Below, piece by piece: positions 37,672-46,087 of a DNA stretch of 51,607 nt. A program made the position numbers and the translations under genes. Numbering within the stretch: the stretch's first letter is position 1; the number at the start of each line of letters is the position of its first letter. Source of the DNA: a virus (Duplodnaviria > Caudoviricetes); IMG/VR virus record IMGVR_UViG_3300020336_000010, positions 1 through 51,607 of that record; one strand, written 5' to 3'. The notes under the pieces are model-generated. The model worked only from the letters and a program-made list of their open reading frames with translations, was not told where the DNA came from and made no database searches.

Positions 37672-38178
37672 TTACGCTGTTAAGCCGTCAGTACCTGAGT
37701 TTGATTGCTCACCATCATCTACCATATGGTAAAAAATAGTTCCGCTTAAAGTACCAGCTGTACCAGCTGCTGCAACACCAGCAACGACTTTAACATCTTG
37801 AGTCATTTCTGTGATCCCAAGAGCATTACCGTCAGTAGCTGCACCCGGTTGAATATTACCTTGTGTAGCATCTGCTGCTAAGTTGTCAGCAAAACCATCA
37901 GTATCAACAAAAGCTACGCCTGACACTAGGTCTGCATAACCAACATCTAGTTTACCACCACCAGCCGCTGCTCCCGCAAAGCTAAGTGAATCAATGATTG
38001 CACCTTTTGGTAGTTTAACTAATCTAGTGTCTGTTGCAGATACTTGAGCGTCTGTTCCAGCCGCTGCATTAGTTGCAGGTACATAGAACTGAGCTACCAT
38101 TTGCATAGAACCAGCATAAGTTGTTTTTTTGCCGTTACCGTTAGATCTTACGATCCCTGTAAAAGTTGTTGTTGCCAT
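37672..38178 (-). CDS. Capsid-associated/decoration protein
   Basis: MATTTFTGIVRS N-terminus, LPKGAII jelly-roll-like segment, directly after the MCP gene. Confidence 0.65.
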   Translation of the reverse strand: MATTTFTGIVRSNGNGKKTTYAGSMQMVAQFYVPATNAAAGTDAQVSATDTRLVKLPKGAIIDSLSFAGAAAGGGKLDVGYADLVSGVAFVDTDGFADNLAADATQGNIQPGAATDGNALGITEMTQDVKVVAGVAAAGTAGTLSGTIFYHMVDDGEQSNSGTDGLTA

Positions 38179-38198
38179 GATATGTTTCTCCTATTTCC

Positions 38199-38260
38199 GT
38201 TAATACAGTATTGAGAGTTTTCGACTGCTAGCGTCTGTACTAACTAATTTAAATCGCAGT
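38199..38260 (-). ncRNA. Candidate pseudoknotted 5'UTR element
   Basis: ACUGC/GCAGU and GUUAGUACAG/CUGUAUUAAC helices cross; lies between promoter and RBS. Confidence 0.5.
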
Positions 38261-38266
38261 TGTTGG

Positions 38267-38295
38267 ATTATACGCTTTTAAATAAGAATGTGCAA
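38267..38295 (-). promoter_or_regulatory. Sigma70-type promoter
   Basis: TTGCAC-17 bp-TATAAT. Confidence 0.75.
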
Positions 38296-38320
38296 ATAAA
38301 AAGGGGCCCGAAGGCCCCTT
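38294..38320 (-). terminator. Rho-independent terminator after the major capsid gene
   Basis: AAGGGGCCTTCGGGCCCCTT followed by TTTATTT. Confidence 0.85.
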
Positions 38321-38343
38321 AATACGAGTCTTAATCTTAGTGA

Positions 38344-39249
38344 TTAAGCACCTGGGTTTCCGTAGATTCCTCTAGGATCAGACCAACCGAAGCTGTATCT
38401 TTCTCTAGCTTTGTATCTTACGTTTCCAGTTTCGAAGTCACCTTCCATAGCCGTTTTAATTGGCGCACGAACCATGTGTTTTAGTCCGTTAGGAACGTCA
38501 GTCTTAATAAAGAATGATTCTGTATCAGACAAGAAGTTGTTCACTACGAAACCTTGAGGAACCATTCCCATAGATTTCATTGCGTTAACATCGTTGTCCG
38601 CAGTACCAGGTCTTTGACCAGACTTCATAAGTCTTTCTGCTACGAACTGCTGGTTAGGGTGAATGATCATTTTCATTCCTCTAGCAGCAATTTTTAAGCC
38701 ACGCTCATCTGTCATTGCAGCAATGTCAATCATTGCTTGCTCTAAAGATGTTTCTGACAAGTCTGCAGCAGTAGTTGGTTCGTTTTTAAACGTACCAGCT
38801 ATGATTGGATGTGCATCTGAACATAGTGCAACTCCATCACCACCAGCAAAAGCATTGTTAAACGCATTGTTTAATACGTTTGCAGCTTTAACTTGCTTAG
38901 TGTTTGCCATAGAACGAGCCAGTGCTTTTGTGTATCGCGTAGAGATTTTGTCATACAGGTTATCTTCAATGTTCTCTTCCGTTAGAGCGAATGCTAACGC
39001 AATAGTTTCATGTTGATACCTTGCAGTGAAAGTCTCTTGAGCGTTGTCATACACAACTGCAGCACCTTCTGATTTAACAGCGGCGTTCTCGAAACCAGAT
39101 AACATTACTTCTTCTTCAAAAGCTCTGTCACTGTTTTCAGTGTCGAAAATCTCCGTGTGTTGATTTTCGTAGTTTTTGTACTCAAGTCCAAATAATGCAT
39201 TCAGACCTGGCTCTAGCTCTTTTGCTAGTTGTTGTCTTGATATAGCCAT
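38344..39249 (-). CDS. Major capsid protein
   Basis: MAISRQQLAKELEPGLNALFGLEY...RYTKALARSM...RYKARERYSFGWSDPRG; downstream of scaffold, followed by terminator. Confidence 0.9.
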   Translation of the reverse strand: MAISRQQLAKELEPGLNALFGLEYKNYENQHTEIFDTENSDRAFEEEVMLSGFENAAVKSEGAAVVYDNAQETFTARYQHETIALAFALTEENIEDNLYDKISTRYTKALARSMANTKQVKAANVLNNAFNNAFAGGDGVALCSDAHPIIAGTFKNEPTTAADLSETSLEQAMIDIAAMTDERGLKIAARGMKMIIHPNQQFVAERLMKSGQRPGTADNDVNAMKSMGMVPQGFVVNNFLSDTESFFIKTDVPNGLKHMVRAPIKTAMEGDFETGNVRYKARERYSFGWSDPRGIYGNPGA

Positions 39250-39268
39250 GTTTAATTACCTCCTGCTA

Positions 39269-39808
39269 TTATTTGTAAAGATGTTCATTAATTAGAACTT
39301 CGTACAACGTATGTGCTTCGCCAAGAGCGTTTCTGTTAGGGTTTCCTGAAAAACCTATAACAGTACAATTTATGTCTGCTCCTGTAGCGAAAGTCGCTGT
39401 ATTGAGTTCCATTCCTGAAATCCCAGTTGTTGTATTACCTGTGCCTACCGCGATATCAGCTTTTCTTCCGATATCTGTTTGTGCAGAGTTCGTTCCAGTT
39501 ATTCCCTGTAGTTCGAAAACTTGATAAGGGTCATCATAAACGAAAGCTGTACTAGCTTGGCCAGCAGCAGATTGGTTAGTGAAAACGGGTTTACCCGTAG
39601 AATCGTCGAAGTTACATCCCCAAAAAACGCCAACGTTGGTTGTGCCAACGCCTGCTTGAGTTAGTACACCACTGTTACCAGCGATTTGTACTGCATCACC
39701 TTGGAATATAGCGTCGTTTGTGACTTTATATTCGCCGGCTTTTTGAGATGGTCCACTACCGATTTTTCCAACAGGATTAAAACCCATAGGGGCATCTAAA
39801 TTTGCCAT
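39269..39808 (-). CDS. Minor capsid/cement protein
   Basis: MAN.DAP.GF.PVG, IFQGD.V, VGVF.GC, V.DDP; between scaffold and MCP. Confidence 0.7.
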   Translation of the reverse strand: MANLDAPMGFNPVGKIGSGPSQKAGEYKVTNDAIFQGDAVQIAGNSGVLTQAGVGTTNVGVFWGCNFDDSTGKPVFTNQSAAGQASTAFVYDDPYQVFELQGITGTNSAQTDIGRKADIAVGTGNTTTGISGMELNTATFATGADINCTVIGFSGNPNRNALGEAHTLYEVLINEHLYK

Positions 39809-39856
39809 AGTTTTATCCTCCTTAAAAGGTTAGTTGTTAAATCAGCAGATCAAAGA

Positions 39857-40315
39857 TTATTTCTTTGAGCCACCAAAGGTTACACGAGACTGCCTATCTT
39901 GATTGATTGGCACTCCTGGGTGCTGGTCCTTTAGAACGTCGTTGTCTAATGCTTCGTCTCTGTCCTGAGTCATTTTTCTAAAATAATCTTCACGAGACTG
40001 TGCGAGTTCTTCAGATATCCTTGCCAACACAAGGCCTCCTACTCCGATTACTCCCTGATATTTACCAGAATCGACTGTTGGGTAAAGGTCATCAGGATAC
40101 TCGTCACCTCGGACAAGTTCCCAACCTGATCTAAGTTTACCGGACATATTTTTAGTATCTTCGGTTCCCATTAGTTCAGTCCTTAACCACCTGTGACGAT
40201 ATCCGTCTGGTGCAGGGGGTGCATCTAAGGCAGATGGGGGAGACCAAACTTTCGGCTTTTCTTGTTTTGCTCTAGTTTGACTCACGCGTGGGGTCTTTGT
40301 TTTATCTTTTTCCAT
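39857..40315 (-). CDS. Conserved head-module protein
   Basis: W.PPS.LDAPPAP.G..HRW.R...GWELVR...IGVGGLVLAR. Confidence 0.7.
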   Translation of the reverse strand: MEKDKTKTPRVSQTRAKQEKPKVWSPPSALDAPPAPDGYRHRWLRTELMGTEDTKNMSGKLRSGWELVRGDEYPDDLYPTVDSGKYQGVIGVGGLVLARISEELAQSREDYFRKMTQDRDEALDNDVLKDQHPGVPINQDRQSRVTFGGSKK

Positions 40316-40319
40316 ATGC

Positions 40320-41231
40320 TTATACCTCCTTCGCGGCTAATTGTTTCGCATACTCTTCGAGTGGCACACCTAATCTTTTAGAAATTGCTACCTGTGAAGG
40401 TGTGAGTTTCACAGTTTTTCTGCGTCCTTGTTTGGCCGGACGACGGGCACTTGCAACATTCTGAACTGGTTCAGATGTAGATGACTCATTATTACCAAAT
40501 TTGTGTGGAAATTCAAGTCTTATTCTCTTATCAACCTCAGCGTAATATTCTTCTGAGTTTGAGTCGAAACCTTCCTCGTTTACCAACGTTTTATGTATAT
40601 CAAACGCTGTGTAAGTCATAGCATTATCAGTACCAAACCAAGGGTTTTTAGCTGCCCAAGCATCCGCTTTAGGGTCAGTTTGTGGTTGTTGCATAGGCAC
40701 TTCTTGTCTTGGCTGTGTTACAGGAGACTCATTAACTGGTGCTGCTTTTTTCATCTCTTCAATTCTAGCAAGTCTAGTAGCATCCATTGTTAGTTGCGCT
40801 AGTTCTGTTTGCGCCGCAACTTGACCTTCTACATCACCATTGTTAATAGCAGATTGTAACTTAGCTTTAGTTGCTTCTAATGAACCAGTAACACGTTTTT
40901 TAAATTCGTCTGCATATGTTGTTTCAACATTTCTATAACGACTTTGTAACTTTTCTTGGTCAGCTTTTAAGTTTTGTGCATAAGTGATAGCTTCTTCTTT
41001 TTGTCTTTCAGCTTCACGCATTTTACGTGTTAGCTTTGCTATTCTTTTTTGTACACCTTCAGAATATTCACCAAGTTCATCTTTTGGTGTTTCTTCAACA
41101 GGTTTTACTTCTTTTGTTTCTTCTACGACTAATTCTTCTGCTGGCGCTTCTTCTACCGGCGCTGCTTCTAAATCAATCTCTGTTTCTTGTTCGTCAGCTT
41201 CGCCAACGTCTATATTTTTTTCTTCTTGCAT
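40320..41231 (-). CDS. Capsid scaffolding protein
   Basis: Acidic N-terminus, long coiled coil, WAAKNPWFG, C-terminal LTPSQVAISKRLGVPLEEYAK. Confidence 0.8.
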   Translation of the reverse strand: MQEEKNIDVGEADEQETEIDLEAAPVEEAPAEELVVEETKEVKPVEETPKDELGEYSEGVQKRIAKLTRKMREAERQKEEAITYAQNLKADQEKLQSRYRNVETTYADEFKKRVTGSLEATKAKLQSAINNGDVEGQVAAQTELAQLTMDATRLARIEEMKKAAPVNESPVTQPRQEVPMQQPQTDPKADAWAAKNPWFGTDNAMTYTAFDIHKTLVNEEGFDSNSEEYYAEVDKRIRLEFPHKFGNNESSTSEPVQNVASARRPAKQGRRKTVKLTPSQVAISKRLGVPLEEYAKQLAAKEV

Positions 41232-41249
41232 AGTATAATCCTCCTATGA

Positions 41250-41687
41250 TTACATTGCGTGAATTAATTCTTCGGGATCATCTATAGTCCCTAAAATCTC
41301 ATCATCGTTTAACATTCTTATTTCACCACCTTCAATCTGCATTCGTGATCCTGCATATCGTGCAAACACCACCCAATCTTTTTCTTTACACCAAGGTCCT
41401 GTAGGATACTTGTCGTCATCCTTGTAACAAAGATCACCCATCTTCAATACGTATCCAACTTGCGTTGCTACACGTGCGCGATCTAATGTTTCCTGTGCTA
41501 TAATAATTCCGCCATCAGTTGTTTCTTTAACTTGAAAAGGCATAACAAGTAAGCGCCACCCAGTAGGGTTCGGTAACTTGTCTACGTTAGTTTTTTCTGG
41601 CTCGTTTTTTGCTTCTTGTATTGCAGCTTGTTCAATAGCTGCTTGTTCGTCATATTTATCTTCTAATGCGTGTGACTTTGTCATCAT
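41250..41687 (-). CDS. groES: Co-chaperonin GroES (Cpn10)
   Basis: P.GWRLLV...TDGGIII mobile loop, VVFARYAG, RMLNDDEILG. Confidence 0.9.
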   Translation of the reverse strand: MMTKSHALEDKYDEQAAIEQAAIQEAKNEPEKTNVDKLPNPTGWRLLVMPFQVKETTDGGIIIAQETLDRARVATQVGYVLKMGDLCYKDDDKYPTGPWCKEKDWVVFARYAGSRMQIEGGEIRMLNDDEILGTIDDPEELIHAM

Positions 41688-41892
41688 CGTTTTCTGGCTC
41701 CTTAGGGTTTAGCAGGTTAGAGAGTTCCTGTTTAATTTGATCCAACGTGTGGATCTTTCCGCAAATATACTGATATTTTTCCATAGTGTCAACACCACCG
41801 CCCATTAAAACTTGGCCGTTGTTGTCTATGCCGTCATCAAGTAGTCTTTGTAGTTTGTATATTACGTTTACCGGGTCTGTATTCTCTGACAT
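41656..41892 (-). CDS. Conserved small head-module protein
   Basis: GGVDTMEKYQYICG helical hairpin directly before GroES. Confidence 0.7.
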   Translation of the reverse strand: MSENTDPVNVIYKLQRLLDDGIDNNGQVLMGGGVDTMEKYQYICGKIHTLDQIKQELSNLLNPKEPENDDDKVTRIRR

Positions 41893-42016
41893 ATTTTTTC
41901 TTTTTATCTCCTAAATGTTCCCAAAACTCGTCAAGAGCATTTGGTTTTTGTTTACAACATTCCCCCGATTGTACCTTTTTTTCCGTGTGACAAGCACACG
42001 TCTTTTCTTCACCCAT
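41837..42016 (-). CDS. 59 aa Cys/His-rich mini protein (not in ORF track)
   Basis: MGEEKTCACHTEKKVQSGECCKQKPNALDEFWEHLG...; AGGGGG RBS. Confidence 0.5.
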   Translation of the reverse strand: MGEEKTCACHTEKKVQSGECCKQKPNALDEFWEHLGDKKKKYVREYRPGKRNIQTTKTT

Positions 42017-42032
42017 TTATCCCCCTAAGTTT

Positions 42033-42443
42033 TTATTTGCCTTTGAATTTACTAAGTGTAGTAACCCCAAAACTTCCACCCACGATCGTGAGTATGATGA
42101 TCCAAAAATAATCATTTGCTTGGCCTAATATCTCCCAACCTGCCGCCATCCATGGTTGCGTCCAAGGTGTGAAATGTGCCAAAATAATAAGGCTCCAGAA
42201 AACGACCAAATATTCGTCTTTCCATGAATTAGCAGTTTGTCTCACCTGTTCCATTTGAACACCAATCTTTGCTACGTCCACTTTTGCAGCCGCTTCTATC
42301 TCCTTTGCTTTGATGATTTTATCTTTTTCTAGTTTGTGAGAAATTGCGCCTACGGTCTTATTGGCAATAAGTTTTGCCACGGGATTATTTAATAATCCTC
42401 CTCCAAGACCTAAAAGTGGTTTGATGAGTAGCAGTGGGTTCAT
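42033..42443 (-). CDS. Putative holin (3TM / GTA-holin-like)
   Basis: SWKDE followed by two TM segments; basic C-terminus. Confidence 0.6.
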   Translation of the reverse strand: MNPLLLIKPLLGLGGGLLNNPVAKLIANKTVGAISHKLEKDKIIKAKEIEAAAKVDVAKIGVQMEQVRQTANSWKDEYLVVFWSLIILAHFTPWTQPWMAAGWEILGQANDYFWIIILTIVGGSFGVTTLSKFKGK

Positions 42444-42559
42444 TAGTTGTTAAGTATTACCGCGATGAAAATTATAATGCCAACAGCAATTATAATTTTT
42501 GTTTTCTTAGTGGTTCCGTCCCACCATTCTTGGGCTTTCCATTTTAAATCGTCTAACAT
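42443..42559 (-). CDS. 38 aa single-TM protein (not in ORF track)
   Basis: MLDDLKWKAQEWWDGTTKKTKIIIAVGIIIFIAVILNN; GGGAGG RBS; TAATG coupling to the holin. Confidence 0.7.
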   Translation of the reverse strand: MLDDLKWKAQEWWDGTTKKTKIIIAVGIIIFIAVILNN

Positions 42560-42597
42560 AGTTTCCTCCCTGATGTTAAATTAGCGAAAAGTTATCA

Positions 42598-43587
42598 TTA
42601 TTCATCATAACTTGCAAAGTATTTTCCTGATGATACTATTCTTTCGGCCATTGCCTCTGTAAAACCACGAGAAATTAAATCAGCAATTTGTTTTGCTGAC
42701 TCTGTAAGTTCTACGTTTTGATCGTTCATATTGCCCCCAGGAGGATTTTCTGGTCCTCTATTAGCGTTTTGAGTCTCCACGTCATTAACCATACCTGCTA
42801 ATGCTTGACCTAGTTGTGTATTGGTTAAACCACCTATTTGCTGGTTTGCTAAATCAGCAAGTTGTGCGCTGTTTAAACTTGCTACATTGCCGGTATAAGT
42901 TCCTAAATTTGGTCCCATAAGATCACTTGGTTCCATACTCCAATTGTTCATGTCTTGTAAATTATATTGTGTATTAGTAAACGGATTAAATAAATCAAGC
43001 ATTGAATAACCTACGCCCAATGTTCCAGAGTCAAAAGGATTACTAAAAAGATCACTAATACTAAGACCTGAAATAGCGTCTTGTATTTCAGAAAGAGACA
43101 TATTGTTATAATCATTAAACGCGCTCATAACATCTCCAGTTAGTTGATCTTCAGTTATGCCTAATTGAGATAAGGCTTTTTTCTTTTCCCAACTTGCTAG
43201 TTTGTCCCAATCTTGTGCAAATTGTTCTTCTTGTGTTGGTGCAAGATCTGAAAAAAAATCAAAAATACTTTGAAAAAACCCTGGCTCCTCTTCTTGGGTT
43301 GTATTTTGTTGAGAAGTGCCGTCTTGTCCCTGTCCTACTGCATTACTTGCGTCTTCTTGTGACATACCTTCAAGTGACAAGTCTCCTGCCATTGCCATTG
43401 ATTGTCCTGGACTTACAGAACCACTCTGTCCAGTATTATTATTGTTATTGTTATTATAACCACCACTACCACTACCTTCTGCCCCGTAGCCTCTAGATTC
43501 TCTTTCTCCCGCGCTGTCTGGATCACCCATGTCAGCTCCACCACCAGCAAAATGTTTTCTAGGCCTGAATAGATTATTTACACCCAT
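42598..43587 (-). CDS. Acidic low-complexity protein with N-terminal GG motif (putative virion cargo)
   Basis: MGVNNLFRPRKHFAGGG; poly-N/GS tracts. Confidence 0.7.
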   Translation of the reverse strand: MGVNNLFRPRKHFAGGGADMGDPDSAGERESRGYGAEGSGSGGYNNNNNNNTGQSGSVSPGQSMAMAGDLSLEGMSQEDASNAVGQGQDGTSQQNTTQEEEPGFFQSIFDFFSDLAPTQEEQFAQDWDKLASWEKKKALSQLGITEDQLTGDVMSAFNDYNNMSLSEIQDAISGLSISDLFSNPFDSGTLGVGYSMLDLFNPFTNTQYNLQDMNNWSMEPSDLMGPNLGTYTGNVASLNSAQLADLANQQIGGLTNTQLGQALAGMVNDVETQNANRGPENPPGGNMNDQNVELTESAKQIADLISRGFTEAMAERIVSSGKYFASYDE

Positions 43588-43588
43588 T

Positions 43589-46087
43589 TTAATTGACCTT
43601 TTTGGTAACAGATCGTTGTTTATCTAGGCTTGAAATACCCGATTTAGCCATAGAAACGGCCGCTCTAAGCTTCTGATGCTTGTCATTCTCTTCAATTTTA
43701 GTTTGATCGATTTCTCTAGCTTGCATCATCTTCATCATGTCAAGATTTGCTCTAGTTTCGTCATTTTCTTCTTTTCTTTGCTGTTCTGCCGCCTTAATTT
43801 GGTTTTCTTCGGCTTTTAAACGCAATAATGGGTCCGAATCTAACTGATTTAACACTTTTTTCTCTTGTTCAGCGTACTCAGCCATGCTTTCAGCGACTAA
43901 AACCGCTTTTCTAGACTCTAACATCTCTGTTATTTGCTTCATTTCTTGTTGCATTTGCATAAATTGAGGATTTTGACGTGGATCTTGGCCCATTTGCTGT
44001 GCTTGAGCTCCCATTTGTTGCATTTGCTGTCCCATTTGCTTCATTTTTTGCATTTCTTCTTTAAATTCTAGTTGAACTTGCTCTTGTGCCATTAATCCAA
44101 TGTGTTCTAGACAGTTTTTTTGTAAAGACATCAATACAGCAGGGTTAGTTCTTACTGACATAGTTCCCATAAAGCTTAAGTGCGATGCAATGTGTGCTTG
44201 GTGATCTTGGTTTGGAAACGCTTGAAACTTTTTACCAGATAACGCTGTTATGTTTTCAGTTGCAGGGTCACTTGGTTTTGGTTTTTTTGGTGGAGGTAAT
44301 AAAGAATCAATATTCTTAACTTCCAACGCTTCGTACATATCACGATAAGCTTGATACATGTTGTGCATTTTAGGATTAGACATTGCCATTTGTAATTGTG
44401 TTTGTGCAATACTAATACGTTGTGTTTGTGAAAAGATGTTTGGATCTGCAATTGGTATAATATCAACTTGTTGATCAAAGTCTTTTGCAAAAATCTTTTT
44501 CTCACCACCAACAACTTCAAACGGATATTCAGGTGGTAGGTAAGTTACAAAACAATCAGCCAATAACATGAACTCACATTTCATTGCTTGGTATAAACGT
44601 TTGTGAATTGCACTCATCACTCTAGAGCCACGCTCTAGTAATGCAACTGTTGTACCAACTGCTGCACTTTGATTACCGTCACCAACTTGCATGTCTGCAA
44701 TACTTGCAAAACGCTGAGCGCCCTGAACTACTACACCCATCAAACTTAACAACGTTTGTGATGGCTCTTTAAATGGTAATGGCATGAATGCGTCTCTAAG
44801 GTTTCCACCAGGAGCATCAACGTCTCGGAATTCACCCGGCTGCAACGGTTGAGCTTCGTCTCTGACACGGATGCCTCTTTGTTTGAATCCGGAAGGTAAA
44901 TTTGACAAGGTGCCGGCATCTAAGAGTTGTCTTAGTGCGGCTGTGGCAGTTCTAGAAAGCCCGCCGATCATGTGAATTAAACCGAATCCATAAAAGCCTA
45001 ATCCTGGTAGAAATTTGAAATGCACAAAATAATCTTTACGTTTACGATTTGGATCTTGTGCAGAATAGTTACGTCGCACAGAAAGCACTTTACCAGAACC
45101 TTCATCAACAGTTATGATGTAAGGAACTTTAAGACCAGTCGCTTCTTGTGTTTCTGGGTTCAAGTCTTCAAACCCTGGTATCTCTAAATCAGCATGACAC
45201 TCTAGCAATGTGTAAACTTCGTCAGCGTTTGATGACACGCCTTGTAGTTCATCTTTTTCTTTTCTAACATCACTTGGATCATACGAACTTTCTTCTATCT
45301 CAATGTCAGAATAAAACCCTGACAACTGTAGCTTAACTAAATCATTACCAGTCATTTTAATCTGATGGATAATGCAGTCAGCGTCTTCTAAGCTAGTTGC
45401 AGAATATGGTACAAACAAATCTTCTGCTGGTACAAACTTAGATACGCAACGTTGTAAAATTGAATCATAATAAATTTTCTTAAATGTCGAACCTGCTAGT
45501 GGTAAGTTAAATAACATCTGATCAAACTCTGGCTCATACTCTTTCATGTTAACCATAATCTGATAGTTCATAAATTCTTTAACCCGCGTTGCCTGGTCCT
45601 CGCGCTGTGGTGTTTGTTTCCCGACTATCTGTGTTCTGACCGGCCCACCTGCTGGTAGTAATTCTTTATAAGCTAGTGCTTGGAATTGTGTTACTGCTTC
45701 TGCTAATACTGGATGCGTTGCACCTGAAGCACCTTGGAATGGTTCTACTCTAGACTCGTATTTAAAACCTAAAAGTTCTAAACCTTTGGTGTAAGTTTCT
45801 TCCCATTCTGATCTGCTCGCTTTGTACTCGTCGTACAAATCACGCATTTCGATACCAATTAAATTAAGTGCGTCTTCGTCTAAAAAGTCAGCCAGGTTAG
45901 CTTCGTGTTGTTCGCCACCTTCTGCTGCCATGGCTTGTGGATCAAAATCAATAGTTGCTCCGCCATCAGAATCTTCAATAATCTCTACTGGCTGTTTGTA
46001 GTTTTCTTGCATCGCCATATCTTTTTGTAGATCTTTTGGACCAGGTATAGTTACCGTGGTTCGTGCATCTTCTCTATCTATCGCCAT
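43589..46087 (-). CDS. Portal protein
   Basis: 832 aa; HPVLAEAVTQFQA, GSTFKKIYYD, PGLGFYGFGL, PGEFRDVD, C-terminal coiled-coil barrel; between TerL and scaffold. Confidence 0.9.
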   Translation of the reverse strand: MAIDREDARTTVTIPGPKDLQKDMAMQENYKQPVEIIEDSDGGATIDFDPQAMAAEGGEQHEANLADFLDEDALNLIGIEMRDLYDEYKASRSEWEETYTKGLELLGFKYESRVEPFQGASGATHPVLAEAVTQFQALAYKELLPAGGPVRTQIVGKQTPQREDQATRVKEFMNYQIMVNMKEYEPEFDQMLFNLPLAGSTFKKIYYDSILQRCVSKFVPAEDLFVPYSATSLEDADCIIHQIKMTGNDLVKLQLSGFYSDIEIEESSYDPSDVRKEKDELQGVSSNADEVYTLLECHADLEIPGFEDLNPETQEATGLKVPYIITVDEGSGKVLSVRRNYSAQDPNRKRKDYFVHFKFLPGLGFYGFGLIHMIGGLSRTATAALRQLLDAGTLSNLPSGFKQRGIRVRDEAQPLQPGEFRDVDAPGGNLRDAFMPLPFKEPSQTLLSLMGVVVQGAQRFASIADMQVGDGNQSAAVGTTVALLERGSRVMSAIHKRLYQAMKCEFMLLADCFVTYLPPEYPFEVVGGEKKIFAKDFDQQVDIIPIADPNIFSQTQRISIAQTQLQMAMSNPKMHNMYQAYRDMYEALEVKNIDSLLPPPKKPKPSDPATENITALSGKKFQAFPNQDHQAHIASHLSFMGTMSVRTNPAVLMSLQKNCLEHIGLMAQEQVQLEFKEEMQKMKQMGQQMQQMGAQAQQMGQDPRQNPQFMQMQQEMKQITEMLESRKAVLVAESMAEYAEQEKKVLNQLDSDPLLRLKAEENQIKAAEQQRKEENDETRANLDMMKMMQAREIDQTKIEENDKHQKLRAAVSMAKSGISSLDKQRSVTKKVN

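Noticed and set aside
43430-43480. AAT/AAC microsatellite-like tract
   Set aside because: Imperfect, encodes poly-Asn/Gly-Ser in a low-complexity protein; no sign of a phase-variation tract
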